Both the position numbers and the translations under genes were made by a program. Below are positions 43,213 to 56,995 of a stretch of DNA of 64,000 nt, in pieces. Each line of letters starts with the position of its first letter. Position 1 is the stretch's first letter. Below the pieces are notes generated by a model. That model worked only from the letters and a program-made list of their open reading frames with translations. It made no database searches and was not told the origin of the DNA. Source of the stretch: Neoechinorhynchus agilis. Its lineage: Eukaryota; Animalia; Acanthocephala. The stretch spans positions 5,860,389-5,924,388 of the forward strand of contig CM121343.1 in NCBI GenBank assembly GCA_051530055.1. The letters run 5' to 3'.

Positions 43213-44715
43213 ATACAAACAGTTTCGACCTTTTTCCGTGAGAAATGACGTGATATTAAGATTTATGTTCAATTTTTTCGCTTCCACCAGTTGAACAAAT
43301 CGCCGATCTTAAAATACAAACAGTTTCGACCTTTTTCCGTGAGAAATGACGTCGAAATTAAGATTTATGTTCAATTTTTTCGCTTCCGCCAGTTGCACAA
43401 ATCGCCGATCTTAAAATACAAACAGTTTCGATCTTTTTCCGTGAGAAATGACGTCGAAATTAAGATTTATGTTAAATCTTTTCACTTTCGCCAGTTGTAC
43501 AAATCCTCGATCTTAAAATACAAACAGTTTCGACCTTTTTCCGTGAGAAATGACGTGATATTAAGATTTATGTGCAATCTTTTCACCTTCGGCAATTGTT
43601 CAAATCGCCGATCTTAAAATACAAACAGTTTCGACCTTTTTCCGTGAGAAATGACGTCGAAATTAAGATTTATGTTCAATTTTTTCGCTTCCACCAGTTG
43701 TACAAATCACCGATCTTAAAATACAAACAGTTTCGACCTTTTTCCGTGAGAAATGACGTCGAAATTAAGATTTATGTTCAATTTTTTCGCTTCCACCAGT
43801 TGTACAAATCGCCGATCTTAAAATACAAACAGTTTCGACCTTTTTCCGTGAGAAATGACGTCGAAATTAAGATTTATGTTCAATCTTTTCACTTTCGCCA
43901 GTTGTACAAATCGCCGATCTTAAAATACAAACAGTTTCGACCTTTTTCCGTGAGAAATGACGTCGAAATTAAGATTTATGTTCAATTTTTTCACTTCCGC
44001 CAGTTGTACAAATCGCCGATCTTAAAATACAAACAGTTTCGACCTTTTTCCGTGAGAAATGACGTCGAAATTAAGATTTATGTTCAATTTTTTCACTTCC
44101 GCCAGTTGTACAAATCGCCGATCTTAAAATACAAACAGTTTCGACCTTTTTCCGTGAGAAATGACGTCGAAATTAAGATTTATGTTAAATCTTTTCACTT
44201 TCGCCAGTTGTACAAATCCTCGATCTTAAAATACAAACAGTTTTGGCCTTTTCCGTGGGAAATGACGTTGAAATTAAGATTTATGTTCAATTTTTTCACT
44301 TCCGCCAGTTGTACAAATCGCCGATCTTAAAATACAAACAGTTTCGATCTTTTTCCGTGAGAAATGACGTCGAAATTAAGATTTATGTTAAATCTTTTCA
44401 CTTTCGCCAGCTGTACAAATCCTCGATCATGAAATACAAACAGTTTTGGCCTTTTGCGGTGAGAAATGACGTTGAAATTAAGATTTATGTTCAATCTTTT
44501 CACTTCCGCCAGTTGCACAAATCCTCGATCTTAAAATAGAAAGTTTGCGTCTTTTTTCCGTGAGAAATGACGTCGAAATTAAGATTTATGTGCAATCTTT
44601 TCACCTTCGGCAATTGTTCAAATCGTAGATATTAAATTACAAACAGTTGCCGTCTTTTTTCCTTAGAAATGACGTCCGAATTAAGATTTATGTTAAATCG
44701 TTTCACGTTCGGCAA
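43213..44715. repeat. Satellite of about 14.5 copies of a 101-102 bp unit
   Basis: tacaaacagtttcg recurs at 43214, 43315, 43417, 43519, 43620 and onward; the 34-aa repeat ORFs follow from the 102-bp period. Confidence 0.97.
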
Positions 44716-45564
44716 GGTTATAATACAATTTCCGTTTAAAATTAAGGAACTTCATTATCAGTTTGTTACTATGGACACGTTTTCCTTTTAAAAGCTGAAA
44801 TTAAGTTAATTATAGAGCGAAAGGTTTTATAATGTTATTTTGCAGCGGACGTCTGATTTACTGATTCTTAAAATATAGATTAAAGCCTATGGGATAACAA
44901 ATGAGATGTAATTTGTGATGAGAAGTTTCTAAACAAATGAATGGCTCTCAAAAGTCTTTATAAAAATGAAGTATCTGTTAGACTGATCAAATCATAAGAC
45001 TAATTAAAAACGCACGAATCACGCGACCCTATGAAATCGACATCATTGTCATTGTTGGCGTTAAATGGATAAAGTGGCAAACGGCTGACGGAGATCTTAA
45101 AATTCAATTAAACACGACAAAGTTCTTCTCTGATTGGTTGCGTTCAATATGAAGTTAGTTCGAACGACTGAACTTGCAAAGTTTTCCGTATTTTATGCGT
45201 GTATACACGGCAGAATCCAACGGCGTGATTCCAAACTGATTAATGCGACGTCAGTGTTGGGATTTCCTATACCTGAGGAAGATTAGAGGTACTGCTTTGC
45301 TGTGTTATATTCTTTCAATGTCGTCCGCCCTCGAAATTCGTTCCCATATTCCATCAATTGGCGGTATTGGTTCAACTGAAGAACCCATAATCATGATATT
45401 CTGCTTACTTTGGAATGAACGAGTCTTAATCATTCGCTATTGAAAAGATTCATCAAACCACTTGACTACGAACGTGCCAATCTTAATTCTTCCACGTTAG
45501 TCATAGAAATCTCGGTATAATGTTCCGAAATCTTCGAATTTTCCGCAAGTTAAAAAAAGGAATT

Positions 45565-45727
45565 GTTCTGGCCCAACTTTGCTCTTCCCGGATATTAACT
45601 GATTTATTATAAATTTGTTCGACCGAATGCGGTCCTTATAAAAAATGCGTTGAAGGGGATCTCATTTGGTCGAACGAATTTACAATAAATCAATTAATAT
45701 GGGTGAAGAGTAAAATTGCGCCAGAAC
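45565..45727. mobile_element. Palindromic MITE-like element
   Basis: gttctggcccaactttgctcttc...aaatttgttcgaccgaatg versus catttggtcgaacgaattt...gaagagtaaaattgcgccagaac. Confidence 0.75.
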
Positions 45728-47608
45728 TTCCGAATACAATCCAAGAAAGTTTATTTGTTTACTGATCTATCGAATGATGCCTTTCGAGATTGGTTTACTT
45801 TGATACCGCGTTGAAGTGGAACTCGTAAAATGTGGAGTGTGTGCCTATGGCAATCGTGGTGCCACTTTTTTAATTTCATTCGGTTAAATGCTGGAGAACA
45901 AGTCTATAATTGCATTCTTGTAGCATAGCGACTGCTTAAATGAACGAAATAAGCCGTGTAATTCCTTTGTGGATTGGTAGTATTCATCGGCGAAAAGAAA
46001 AACAACTAATTCGTGAACACTCATTTTTTCGATCCCTTTCATTATATATCTAATGATTTTCAGACTTTTTTAATCATTTGGGACCTTGCTGTCCTGATGA
46101 ATGCTAAGAAGGTTCACCTTACGGGCGTGGCTCTTTTTTTATCCGGCTGTTTCATTAGCCGCACTTGAATGAATGTATTCGATCCTTAATGGGATTTTCT
46201 TCTCTGTTCTTGACGGTCTTAAAACGAGTGACAATTGTGCACGCAACGTGATTAAACGTTCTTTTTGCTGCAGCCATCCGTCTTGGAAAATGGGATGCAG
46301 CAGCACGGGGAATAGAAGTATATAAGAGGTCTTCTATTTCCGCAATTATGGGAAGGGAGAAAAGCTACAGATCAAACCTTTTTCAGACAAACGATAGACC
46401 AAAAGCACCCATTTTTACATACTCACACATTGGGTGGATTATGTGGCCGAATTCGCGACTATTTCCCATCCGGACAAGCCAGGGATGACGCCACCGGATT
46501 TGTATTCCCGCTCGCGCACTATGCAACCTAATCCACCGGAAAACCCGTTTAAATTCGTCCGAACACCTCTTTTCCTTTTATTATTTCCGGCTTAAGCTCA
46601 ATAAAAACACTTCAATATCTCCGTTGAAGTTCTATGAGTCTCCTGTTCCTTTTTCTGGCACTCATGTGTCTAAACATACTCACTTAAGTGTATATAATTA
46701 ACCAATCGGGCAAAATTAGCCGCACAAACCCAGCGGTTATGTTTTTGTTAGACATCCTTTAAAAGGAAAAGTTAACTCGCATTCCACTCTCTAGCTCCGC
46801 GTAACACACAGTATTTGATTTATCGTTAGAGCGAAATTGGTAAATTAGTTTTCCTAGATTTCGCTCCCAATCAGTAGCTTCGTGCTGTATGCTTTCTCCT
46901 TTCTTGTAAATCATTGAGTTTAAGCTAAGCAGTTTTATCTGAACCTCCATAGTTTAATCACGTTCCCCTTATCGCTGCTTGGTTTCTATCAAAACATTTT
47001 CGGCAACTATAAATCGGTTACATTTTTGTTTATTCCACAATATGGGAATTTTATTGCCAACTTACAAGCGATCTCAGCCTAAAAAATTCATTGGAAGAAG
47101 CGATTCGTGTACGTTTGATCTTATCCCTTTCGTTGCATAATGCACAAGTAATACTTTTGACCGTAGATTGGCTCCCAGGGATGCTTAGGTTGCTCGTCTG
47201 GTAAATGTGATTAAACAAACGACAGCTCCTTTCTTCAAGTATAATAAGATATCTTTTGTTTGCTGTCATCAAGTTTTGAATTCGCCTAGTATTTTCTCAT
47301 ATAGTCATCATCGTAACTAATGTTTCATCAAAATTGTCCAAGACGCAAAAGCTTGCTTTGTTTTAACCCAATATATAGCTTCTATAGTTGTCTAATTGTC
47401 ACATCTACTGAAATTTTGATTATTTGCCTTTTTATTGTCATCTCGACGCCGCTTTCTATAAGCGCGCATCGTGGCTGGATATTCTTTTATTCCTACTTAA
47501 ATGACCAACCATGACGTCCATTTTTATCGTATACGTGATCTTATTATAAATTTTAACACGATTTTCAATTGGCACTTCACTCCTTTAAGGCAGTTGCATT
47601 CTTAACAA

Positions 47609-50600
47609 ATGAGTCGCAAAAAGTACTCAAACATATTCTTAGCGCTATTTGCCCTCAAATTCGATTTTAAACACGCCGATTTCGTCCTTAAAAGCGCCAA
47701 ACATACAATCCTGATATTTGAACTGTTCAGAAAGTACCATCGATGACCAGTGAGGTCACTGTAAACGGCCAATTTCAGTTCCAAAAGGTTTGAGTCTTTG
47801 ATTAATGCTTAGTCCGTATCATTTGATCAGATTGCAAGATGCGGATTTCCATATAGACCGACGTGTGTTGCTTGTGACTCATGTGAAAAACTCTTAGCCA
47901 TCGGAACTCGATTCGGACAAATAAAAATGTAAATCAATCGTTCCTATCATTTCATCTCTGAGATCGTTCTTCCCAGATATGGAAAAGAGTTTGTCCAATT
48001 TTCATTATTTGATGTTACTGTAAACCAATCGAACAATAACCTTAACGAAGCGTCTAAACCTACTGGAGAAGCGGAGTCATCTTCGTCTATTTGGTTTCTC
48101 TCATTCAGATCTAATCATGTAAATTTGCCGTTCCGAACTGTGATTGTGCACAGTTATTATTATCATTATTATTACACTACAGGGTCAATTGATAAGTATT
48201 AATCGTCAAAATACCATTTGTCTGTGGGATTTGAGGACTAATGAAGAAAATCTAATCCGAAGTCGAACATTTAACAAAGAGAGGTTGGTGTTTTCTGTCT
48301 ATTCCGTTTTTATCATAATCTCTTGTAGCTTAACATCCGCCCATTTAAGCCCATCTTCTAAAATCCTGTACATTGGCACTCAAATTGGCAATGTGTATAT
48401 ATTGAATGCACTTACCTTACAATTATCGTCTTATGTATTGCATTGGAATAAATGCGTTGGACCGTGAGTTACCAAGGTATCTTACGAAATCCTTGAAAGC
48501 ATTTATAGAACAGTACGATCACGACCTGGGTCAATAAGTATCATATCCACATATCCGACAGATCACCACAGGGTAAGCAATTTCCTCTTGTGGAGAAAAA
48601 ACACTTCCACTTTTTTCAGTTGCTTGTGGGATTTAGCAAGTCTCAGCCAGCCGAACCCCACCATGGTTGTCTTTGTAAATTAAACCTAAAAACAAAAGTT
48701 ACAGAATCAGTTACTCAATTTAACACGGTTTGTATTTTGACTTTCTTTTTATTCAAGGCACTCTTGCTGCGACTAATTTCTTGATTAAATTCAACTTATA
48801 AAAAGCATTCCATTTCAATTTGGGTAACACACACACAAAATGCATACATGGCAAATTCTCACTCAAAACGATCCCTATGCGTGCTGTAAAACTCGACAGG
48901 CTTTCATATAAAACCTTAACCTATAAAAAAGGGTGACAAAAATGGTTCAGCAGACTAAGCTGTTTTTGTATTATCTCACATCGATAGCTGGATGCAAAAT
49001 GCCCTTCGTTAAATTAATTATCTTACCTCTCATTTGTTAACTGCAAAAAATATCGACATTCTCTTAAAGATAAATATTAAATGTCTCTTTGAAGGGCTCA
49101 TTTTTTTAGGTTACGCCCATCGCGAATCGTACTTTTTAGGGTCTTATGTCATTAAGCTGGAATTTCGATGGGAAATCCTTTCTTATCTCACATACTGATG
49201 GTTCTTATTCAATGTGGTCCACAAAAGACTTGGACCGTCCAATCAAAAGACAGCGTGTACACGGTTCGCTTTCATTTGCTTTAAATATCCTTATAACGGT
49301 GCTTCATGTAGCACCACTTTCGAATCCGGACAAGGTAAATAGCCGACCAATCGATAAAGCCTTGTGGATTAACGGAAAAGAAGTGTAAGTATATTTAGAA
49401 ATATCAGAATCGATGCCAATTGCGTTGCATCAGCAGTGAATCCAAGATTATATTCTCTGGTGGTCTATATCTAGAAAAGGAATTGAATAGCTCGAAATCT
49501 ACTTATCTAACCATTGCAAAAAAGAAGTCCGTTAATTTGTTTCAAATGGAATCCTCGATTGTAGACATGTGTATCTTTGAACCACATTCTTCTAAAGCCG
49601 GGATGCCAGAACCAGTGGCTATTATTATTCTTCTCGAATCCAATTTAATGATTGTCGACGTAAAATCAGATGAGTGAGTTTCGTTGGGATTACCAAAAAG
49701 ACATATTTGTCACCACAGTTTTAAATATTTTGACTGTCCACATAACACGGATTTCGGCATCAAGCATATAAGTTACTTTGACTATATCGCTGACCCTGAA
49801 CGGCAACTTCATCAAAATCTATTAATATTATCAACAACTGAACGACCACGGTTACAGGCCAGTAATCCCAACGAAAAATCTATTTCGAATGCGGTGAGTG
49901 TTATTAATCTTAAAAGAATAATTATTATTGCTTAGCACTACCCCATCAATGGAGGTAAACCGGGTCAGGTTGTTTTTGGATACAGTGAACTCATAGTAAC
50001 CGGTCATGTTGATGGAAGTGTCACTTTTTGGGATTGCTCGGCTTTAAATCTAAGTGCAATATGTAGCTTTAATATATCCAAGTTTTTACTCAGGAGCTCA
50101 AATCCTCCTGCATCTGATGGATCCACTACGGTTTCACAATCGTCCTCATCGATAAATGAACCAGATTCGCCAATACAAGGACCTTCAACAGCTGAAAGTT
50201 CAAATGAAGGGCAACGCGACAATCCTCGTCAGGATACAATGTTTGCAATTCGTCTTGTAAAGTTTTCCGATGACCATAAAGAACTTTTGGTAGCTGGTCG
50301 CAGTCATTTTATTGCACTGTTTACTATGTACAAATCAAATGAAGTAATATCGGAGGAGTTAAATGACCTTGAGGTTGTTTCTGAAGAAATTCTTTTGATT
50401 AATTTTTTATCTAAGAGCTTGGCAATACACCTTCGGCCTTTTGCGGAAGATCAATCTACCGGGAATAGTGAGACAGCACCGTTTGAAGAAAATGTAAGGC
50501 ACGCTCCTACAAATTCCCCTAACACTTTTGTATGATATTAAGGCGCTCAAATCTCCTTTAAAAGCAAAATTGGCTTACAGAAAGCAGCCCGGATGGCAAC

Positions 50601-52972
50601 CCAAACTCCTTTGTATAATTAAATGGCTACCTGAAGAACCTGATCCAATTATCAATCAAATCTCAATTGATTCAACACAGAAAATGTATGTTGTCTATAA
50701 ATGACAAGAACAATAATCAAATTGGTTTAAATTTAAGAATTGTCGCATCAATCAATAATTTCTTGATCGTGGTTGACTACCTCCTTAATAATGTTGTATT
50801 GAACATAAGTATTTCTGATATTTACAGTATGCCACTAATTTTTTCGGCACTTTAAAAAATCAGCACTCTAGGTCTCGATGAGAATCGCTTAAATTCAACA
50901 AAGATCCTTACACCCGTTTTAGCCGATTCTGCGACAAATTCTGCGTCACATGGTACCTTTACGAATAACGACCAGGATCAGGTAGGTAAATGGCTATTAG
51001 GTAAATTTCCCCAAATTGTCATTTATGTGAATTCTAAGATTAATACTTTAATTATTTATAGTCGAAAGTGACAAAGTGATTTCCTTTTTTGATAGATGAA
51101 TGCGTCATCGTACAGTTTATATCTTCTCAATGTTTAAGTCTCTTGGCTGTTTAGACACTACCGAAATAATTGTAATATTTGCTTTAAGAGTTCGAAAACG
51201 TGCAAGCAATTCTTTGGAGCAAACTATTCTGTTCAACATTACAGTAAGTTGGTGTTAAATGTCGTTCTGAACAGTTATTTGATTTCCTTCTAATGCCAAT
51301 TTATCGGATAGAAGATAACTGGGGTTTTGGAATTCCCGCGCGATTAGTGAATTTAATATTGTAGCCGCCCTTTTTAAGCAAGCTACTTAATTATTTTGTG
51401 CGATTCGCTCTTATTTTTAACCAAACGCTTATTTTAATAATTGTAGGTTCAACTCTTGGTGACACTTCACCTTCCGTCTCATACGACCATGCGATTGAAC
51501 TCTTATTAACTTCGTCGTCCCAGAATTCAATGACAAGTGTCTACGAAGTCCCTAGTGAACAAGAAAAATCGTACTTCAACGACCCAAAATTGCCCCAGTC
51601 AAGGATGTCCAGCTTCAGTAAGCAAACGCTTTCAGATGATAACGATCAAAATTTATAAGGTGACTCTCAATCACATTACACATTGTTGGCCGGCTGCACG
51701 AGTGGGCGTGTTATTGTTATGAACGTGTCTATCACTGTTGATCAATCACGATTTGTAACCATCGCTCCAACAGGTAAGTAGAAACGGAAGAGATATTTTT
51801 TTACGAAATGGTCGATTAGGCGATAAAGTCAAATTGTTGGATAAAATAATATTGATGAACACTATCAACAAAAACGATAGTAATAACGAAAGCAATCGTA
51901 AGATCTCATTTGTTATGTTATTGAAACTGCTAATTTATGCAGGTTTGCTTTTGATCGTTTCTGAACGGCAAGTTAAAGTGCTTCAAAAGCATGACTACTC
52001 GTGTTTGGCCGAACGGACACTTGAATTAAATGTTACCAATGCTTGGAAATACGACAACGGTCAGCGATCGAATTACAGAGCGTCGAATAATTTTTTATTT
52101 TTAAGCTGCACTTCGATGCATGTGTCTTCTTCTAAAAGACGGAACTATTACTATTTTTACTTTACCTGAACTGCAACTTCACAAAGTCCTTAGAAACGTA
52201 TTTCAGGATATTCCTCAAGACATGAGGATGTTCGCAGAATTATCTATGTGTTTAAGCAGTCACGGGAGAGGCGCGTATTTAGCATCACCCACGGAGGTTG
52301 AGAAATTCACGATCGTTGAGGATAAATCGTTAGTAAATTAAGACTAATCTGCTCGAAAAAGTTTGCGATTTTACCTCAAAGGATCCAGATAAATGACAGT
52401 ACTTGTTTGCTATTTTCAACGCAGTCGCCCTCACCATCTGATTCATCTATGGATCAAGAGGTGCCTAAATCAGGAAGCGGTGAATCCTCTTACAGTGGAG
52501 GCAGCTTTACCCAAGCTTTCTTCAGGCTGATTATTGGGGAACATAATATAGATAACGATATATTTGAAGATCAGCTAAGTAAGTACTGACAATGAAAAAA
52601 AAAATAAGTCGGAATTTAGTACGATCCAGTTTCACAAAAGAGCCACATGGAATCGTTAGTCCAGTCGAAGTTTACAGTGGAATTGAAAACACCAGGATGG
52701 TACAGGAGTCTTCGCATCAATCTATGAGTGACTCAAGGAAAGAAAAAGGCATTAGCAGCACAACCATTGCAAGATCGGGAGCCATAAACGTTGCTGACCA
52801 TATGAGTCAAGTCATAAAAAGCGGACTTGAACGAGGTGAAAAGTTAAGTCAATTGGAGTCTACGGCTGCTGCCATGAATGACAGAGCGAGTGAGTTAAAG
52901 TCTATAACCAAGCAACTGGCAGAAAAGGAAAAGCAGAGAAGTGAAAAGTGGTGGCAACTGTGGAGGCGCTAA
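47609..52972 (+). CDS. STXBP5: Tomosyn (WD40 / Lgl-like plus C-terminal R-SNARE), many short GT-AG introns; start uncertain
   Basis: GFPYRPTCVACD...LLAIGTRFGQIKIYG; SWNFDGKSFLISHTDGS; PINGG...IVTGHVDGSVTFWD; YLASPTEVEKF; ERGEKLSQLESTAAAM...KWWQL. Confidence 0.92.
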
Positions 52973-53939
52973 TGACATTTCTTTTACCTCTGAAATCACC
53001 CTTGTGTGCGTGTAGATAATGACAGTCTACAAAAGTTAAGCCCTTTTGCGTTGTCTCTATCTCGATAAAAGCACAGAAAAATTCAATAACATTTTCAAAT
53101 TTGTGATCTCCAGTGCTAAAGCTAACCGTTTCACTATTTACTTTAGAATTTTGTATTATTCCAACCATATACTTAGTTACCACGAGTTCGAATTTTCACG
53201 ATAAAAAAGGATTTCGAAGGTCTCGTAAATAAAACATTTAGCTCATCGCTTGTGCCATAGTATTTGAAGGATACTTAGAGCCCATTTATGCTATCTAACC
53301 ACTTAAAATTCACTCGCTTTTGCATGTTTCACACTTTCTAAAATATTTCGTGAGGAACTGCGAAATTTTTAGAGGTCCACTTCAAATATCAACGTGAATT
53401 TCATAGTCCCTTCTCGCATTTTTAAAAAATGACTTGTAAAAGGAAACCAAAGGCATTCCACAATTTCATTGGTCAGACTGCAAAATGTGCAGTCGTCTCT
53501 ATTATCTTGTTTTCGGGTCGTAACTAGAGTCGACGGTTGCATGCTATCTGGTGGGGGAGTTCGAGATCACGCAGCACCCAGAATATATCATTCCCTTTTT
53601 TATCATATATCGTAAAAATCTAAAACAAGAATGGAAAAGATCAATTCTAAGTAAAAATATAGTACATGGTAAAGAGGTGACTAATGTTGTTCAAAGAAAA
53701 ATCAATATATTTGTCTATTTCTACAAGTTTAGTATTGAAAACATGTCCAAAAATCCGTTGATTTAGAGTCATTTACTTATACTTTATCTCAAAGTCGTGG
53801 ACAAGACATGGTGTATCTACAATGAGTGTGGATTTTAAGATTGGTATCGTATTTCCATCTCTGATCCATGCAAACCTGGCTTTCTACTCGAGAGATGCAG
53901 TCAATTTTAATCTTTAAGAATTTTTTTTAGATAAACGAT

Positions 53940-54059
53940 AAATGTATTCAATCAATCTTCATCTCTCTACAATTAACACACTCACCACCTCCCGCCGAAT
54001 TCCAGCTTTTGTCCTTCCTCGACCGTCGCCATCACGCTGGCAGCATTGCCCCGTTGTAC
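53940..54059 (-). mobile_element. 120-bp 3'-end copy of the CRE element at 37.2 kb
   Basis: 118/120 identical to 37167-37286 by visual comparison. Confidence 0.9.
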
Positions 54060-55765
54060 GAATGCTCATAAGATATAAATTGTGATTTCCCATGCTAATA
54101 ACACTCACAACGAACGAGTTTAATATTCGTTACGAATCACAGCTCAAACAGAGGAATTGTTCTTCAAAGTGTGTATTGTTCAATATGACCGTTATTGTAT
54201 CCTTGACATCTTCAGTAATCATCAGTTTCAGTATCGCCAAGAGGTTGTTGTCTTCATCAGGGCTTTACGCGGTTCTGAACAACGGATCGATGTGGGTTTC
54301 AAGTGACCCTTTTCTTTTGTCCGCGGTTTTGTTTGGTTCTAACCTTCTTGCCTTACATTTCATGATCCACCGTCGAAACGACGTGTTTAGATTATTGTAT
54401 CCGGTCCAAAAATTCCTTTACTATATGTCTCCTGCCGACTGTCCGCATTAAACCACCGTCCTTAACCAGAATCTGATGCCTCGTTGTGTTCTAAACCTCC
54501 CATACCAGCATCATCGCATGCTTAGATGCGAAAAAGCGCCTCGAATTGGAGACTATTTTTTCAATGATCACTTCTACGACCTTTTTTTGTCCGCTTTTAC
54601 TATCTTTTGTATAATAATACATCCCAATGAATCAGAAATTAACACATAAAGCTCGCTGGAATCAAGTACTGAAATGCTGGTTGAGGCAAACGTCTTTAAA
54701 TCCGGCGCATCTACTACTTTTTGGAGTAGAGCCATTCCAAAAGAGTTTGGCACAACCAAATGTTACTAAAAATTTTTTATACATTTCTTTGACACTACTA
54801 CGTCCGGCCCTGTTAAAACAATCAGCAAGCTTATTTAGCCGGAAACACGCATGCGCCACATTTAGATTAATTAAATGTTCAACCCGAGCCCGTTCCTCCC
54901 CGTGGTGCATCTATGAACCCCCGTTACATAACGGTGGAGCTGAACGCGTACCCTATCTGCTGAGCGACAGGTCGATCAGAAGGTAAAAGAATATGGTCGC
55001 AACTTAAATGATCGATGCTTAACACAACTTCTCTAAGATTCGACACCGGCACCGCAAATCCACCTCGCGTGTTATTAACGCTTCCGAATGGTGACATGAC
55101 CGTCAGATCAAAGCAAACGAGTCCTCATTGTCCGCTGGGTTCAAGGATACGCTTCTGAACAGAATACAAAGCTACTCGGGTCGTTTTTGTTTTAGAAAGA
55201 TTGGACAAACTTTGTTATGGATAGGATAATGAAAGATTCATTGTTTAAAAACGCAGTGAATTGGAGGTGCGCTGCATGTCCTGTGCTCCACCGCCACTCC
55301 GATCCAAAGGTTTCGAATAAATCACTGCCCAATCGGGGATGTGGTGTACCGTGGCTTTTGCGCTGGATAATCTTATGAGCAAATTTGTGGTTTTAGACAT
55401 TTGACTCTTATGGCTTGCGGTTCATGCCGTAATACTGACGGAAGTTTTCAGCTTTTAGCCCTTGATTATTTTTATTTTAACGCTCTAAATACGAACATCA
55501 AGACAGTAGGTATTTTTAGCCTTAACTTGAACTGTAACATATAAAACGAGCAGGATTTGTCGAAGGTTAAACGCGTTATTGACAATATCGAAAGTTACCA
55601 ATAGTAATCATTTGCAAATAAAGATTTTACTGTCGATTTAAACGGCACTTGATAAAACAAGATTATTGAAAATCTTTTTCTAACACTTCAGAAAAAATTA
55701 AATATCCAAGCGCTCAAAACATCTTTATCCTTCTCCCTTTCTGAATCGCTGATTCTCTGATAGAA

Positions 55766-55900
55766 CTATTTTTCAACCTTAGCAAAAAATTGTGCGGTTC
55801 TTAGTCCGACGGCACCAAATGTCTCAATAGCGAGAAGTTCGAAAATGTAAAGCGACGGATTGAGGCATTTGTATTTCTCCCTTTTTCGGTGCTCTTTTCG
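55766..55900 (-). mobile_element. Diverged CRE-type endonuclease remnant
   Basis: KREKYKCLNPSLYIFELLAIETFGAVG resembles KIRKY...FVPFRVETFGALG. Confidence 0.55.
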
Positions 55901-56081
55901 CCACTCCCTCGGCTCCTGAAGCTGGAAGGGAGGACGAGTTAAAATTCTTCGTTCGTTGAAGAGGATGAAGCTGCACACAAGTGTGACGGCCTTTCTTGGT
56001 TGTTCAATTCAGATGCACGATGTGGATGGATGATGGTTATTGAACCCAAAGACCTTTGAGTTAAAGTAAGATTTTATTGTA

Positions 56082-56713
56082 TTACCTCCAATCTGCGTAG
56101 CCTTCCAGCTTCTCGAACGCATATTCCCTTCCTGCAATTTTAACAACTGCGTCTTTTAGCACGAAGTGAAAGGTGTAACTATCTCGTTTAAGTTTAAGAG
56201 TTTTACAGACGATTATATCTTTGCCATCGTCTTCAATGCGTAGATCTTCTTCATCCGTCAGATCATCATCCGATTTTAATGGCTTCTGATCTAGTTCATC
56301 AGTCTTAGGGATATCCTCAGAATCCACATCGTTTTCCAACAATTGAGATTCATCGGATTCTACACTACTGTCATTATCATCGTATTTATCCGAATCGTAT
56401 TCTACTGGTTCTTCAGAAAATGTCAATCATAAAAATCACTTCAAATGATGAATTTACCGCATTCTTGATCATTCATAGATTTTCGTCGCTTCTCTAATTC
56501 AATCATCCTCTCTTTCCACTTCTAAACTTTAATTTAGCAACCTATAGTAGTTTACAAATCTACCTGTCTGATAAAGTTTAACTTGTTCTGTTCGTAATTA
56601 TGCTTCTCGAATAACTTCGAAAATCTTTCAACTGTAATTTCTACCATTTGCATGTACATGTTCTAAAAAGAAGTAGTTATTTAAATCTAATTTCTCTCTT
56701 TGTTTTTTACCAT
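56082..56713 (-). CDS. GTF2A1: TFIIA large (alpha/beta) subunit, four exons
   Basis: N-terminal helices MYMQMVEITVERFSKLF...RQ|KWKERM, an acidic spacer, and the C-terminal barrel IIVCKTLKLKRDSYTFHFVLKDAVVKIAGREYAFEKLEGYADW; GT-AG joins. Confidence 0.85.
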
Positions 56714-56995
56714 TGTATTTGTCGGCACCGGTGGTACCTTGAGCGATCGCGCATTTAAAGCAACCATTTAATCTGAATACGACGAAATAGTTTTGTTACA
56801 CTTCGAAAGTTTGTTTATTAATTATCGGTTCACTTCAGGGTACGGTTGACGCAATAATGAACCTTAACCATTTTCAAAATGTTCAAATTCATTTAGCACC
56901 GTTGGAGTTTTTTTAATGTAAATTGCGCAAATGTAAAATGCTAAAGCACCTCAAGTGGTAATTTTGAAATTATGACTTGTGGTAAAGATAATCAC

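Noticed and set aside
43291-44539. ORFs with 34-aa repeats, and a CRISPR-like appearance
   Set aside because: This is a 102-bp satellite with one stop-free frame. The 101-bp units break the frame, and there are no unique spacers or cas genes.
54092-54990. Possible decayed LINE ORF2 linker
   Set aside because: Only vague resemblance, many stops and no diagnostic RT motif.
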